NCBI RefSeq assembly: GCF_002571385.2
Contig: NW_019217826.1
Span: forward strand, 81,172 to 145,171
Source of the DNA: Stylophora pistillata
Lineage: Eukaryota
Length of the DNA: 64,000 nt
Reading direction: 5' to 3'
The notes below the pieces were generated by a model. That model worked only from the letters and a program-made list of their open reading frames with translations. It had not been told where the DNA came from and searched no databases. Shown piece by piece: positions 63,066 through 64,000 of this stretch (its first letter is position 1; every line of letters begins with the position of its first letter). The position numbers and the translations under genes were made by a program.

Positions 63066-63403
63066 GGGTAATTCATGGCAGTCTCCATATAGACTCCCTG
63101 TTACCCAGTCGCCATATAGACTCCCAGTGTACCCTGTGTACCCTGTGTACCCTGTGTGCCCAGTGTACCCTGTGTCTATATGGAGACTGGGTAACATGGA
63201 GTCTATATGGAGACTGCCATGAATTACACAGGGTACACAGGGTACACAGGGTGCACAGGGTACACAGGGTACACAGGGTACACAGGGTACACAGGGGTAC
63301 CCAGGGGTACACAGGGTACACAGGGTATATGGAGACTGGGTAGACAGGGAGTCTATATGGAGACTGGGTAACAGGGAGTCTATATGGAGACTGCCATGAA
63401 TTA
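63066..63403. repeat. Foldback-like element with internal 9-bp (GGGTACACA) and ~27-bp subrepeats, immediately upstream of ZCCHC9
   Basis: GTAATTCATGGCAGTCTCCATATAGACTCCCTGTTACCCAGTC at left is the reverse complement of the right end. Internal TGTACCCTG and CAGGGTACA arrays run in opposite orientations. Confidence 0.75.
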
Positions 63404-64000
63404 CTTGCCGCGAGGTGAATATCGTCGAATANNNNNNNNNNNNNNNNNNNNNNNNNNNNNNNNNNNNNNNNNNNNNNNNNNNNNNNNNNNNNNNNNNNNN
63501 NNNNNNNNNNNNNNNNNNNNNNNNNNNNNNNNNNNNNNNNNNNNNNNNNNNNNNNNNNNNNNNNNNNNNNNNNNNNNNNGGAGGATCGTGGATATATCAA
63601 CAGTTTTTTTTTTCATTCACTGAAAGAAGCAAGACTGTGACTGTCAGAGTGAGATCAGCTGGCTTTTGCAACTCTCCCAGCTGAGTTCGTCTGTCAGACA
63701 TCAATGCTTAGGATCGCTGCAAACAGCGTTGCTTTGTAAGACATCACTTAAAGGGAAGTTACTATTTAAAATGTGATGGTTTCTTCTAGTCCAGTGGTAC
63801 TTGGATTTTAAAATATCTCGCAAGGTGCAATTTTAATACAAACGAAAATAACAGTTCACTAAGAATTAAAAAAAAAAAACGTTCAATGTGTTACTTTTCG
63901 ACTTCATTAATGATACTAAGTATGGAATTATATTTTTCGATTTTTTATGTGCTATCCAGAAAAACAGCCATGATGTTTTGGAAAATAGCCATTATTATTT

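Noticed and set aside
63003-63684. ORFs with TGY, HRV and CTL repeats
   Set aside because: They are translations of 9-bp repeats and an N gap.

Overview
Eukaryotic, intron-rich, AT-rich animal genomic DNA. Gene and repeat style suggest a cnidarian, most likely a stony coral (inference). Five protein-coding loci can be reconstructed by hand: (1) two head-to-head CLN3/battenin-like paralogs, a partial minus copy (exon 560-1058) and a complete 3-exon plus copy (6360-10687); (2) an intronless class A GPCR (14608-15738, +); (3) a 14-coding-exon, ~1838-codon SARA/endofin (ZFYVE9/ZFYVE16)-like gene (42605-24080, -), largely invisible in the ORF track, with an in-frame TGA at the last Arg of the FYVE R(R/K)HHCR motif; (4) a 2-exon secreted protein of four ~115-aa Trp-rich repeats in A-B-A-B order (56947-53544, -); (5) a 6-exon ZCCHC9 ortholog (62896-59095, -). 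Introns and intergenic DNA hold MITEs, SINEs, LINE 3' ends, a ~5.5-kb long-TIR DNA transposon relic (Sola3-like) and microsatellites. The most notable non-coding signal is three sequence-unrelated small insertions sharing one architecture: a 12-15 bp target-site duplication, an inverted copy of one end, and direct unit(s). Two carry minimal hammerhead-ribozyme cores (Penelope-type); the third carries tandem tRNA-Thr-like Pol III units, suggesting a tRNA-derived element mobilised by Penelope-type machinery. All calls come from manual reading; no searches were run.
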